A program made the position numbers and the translations under genes. DNA of 64,000 bases from Eledone cirrhosa (lineage: Eukaryota), in contig OZ024743.1 of assembly GCA_964016885.1 (NCBI GenBank), positions 325,190,001 through 325,254,000 on the forward strand. Direction: 5' to 3'. Of this stretch, positions 63,804 through 64,000 are shown piece by piece. Position 1 is the stretch's first letter. Each line of letters opens with the position of its first letter. The notes below the pieces were generated by a model. The model saw only the letters and a program-made list of their open reading frames with translations, was not told the DNA's origin and did no database searches.

Positions 63804-64000
63804 ATATATATATATGTATACGAAAGGTTGTTAAGACGGGATTACTTTAACATAATTGTTTTATTGCATAATATATATTTCAATGACATGGTTATGCAAT
63901 GGCTATATCATTGACAGTCTCCATGTGACATCATGAGAAGCTCATACAATTATGAGGTATTATTATGTGAATATGCTGATACGCCACTGTATTTCCATCT

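Overview
Eukaryotic, repeat-rich DNA. The SINE and microsatellite make-up suggests a cephalopod (octopus-like) genome; this is an inference. Most long ORFs in the supplied track are artefacts of tandem repeats. The real coding content is one large spliced minus-strand gene: ten exons from 44656 down to 4078, 5282 nt, about 1760 codons, Ser/Asn/Lys-rich with internal repeats. Splice phases agree throughout, given one weak acceptor at 21810. Two candidate 5' exons and an RFX X-box lie near 55.8 kb, and the gene continues beyond the left edge. Its introns and upstream region hold a near full-length but frameshifted L1/Tx1-clade LINE flanked by two copies of its own 3' end plus (ATT)n, RTE-clade LINE fragments with an internal PHD-type finger, a non-autonomous Helitron, several MITEs and fold-back elements, many SINEs, and several satellites. 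Four satellites are separate amplifications of one 48-bp SINE segment. The least-explained signal is a set of hammerhead-ribozyme-like motifs, two of them at the centre of near-perfect palindromes, which suggests Penelope/retrozyme-type elements.
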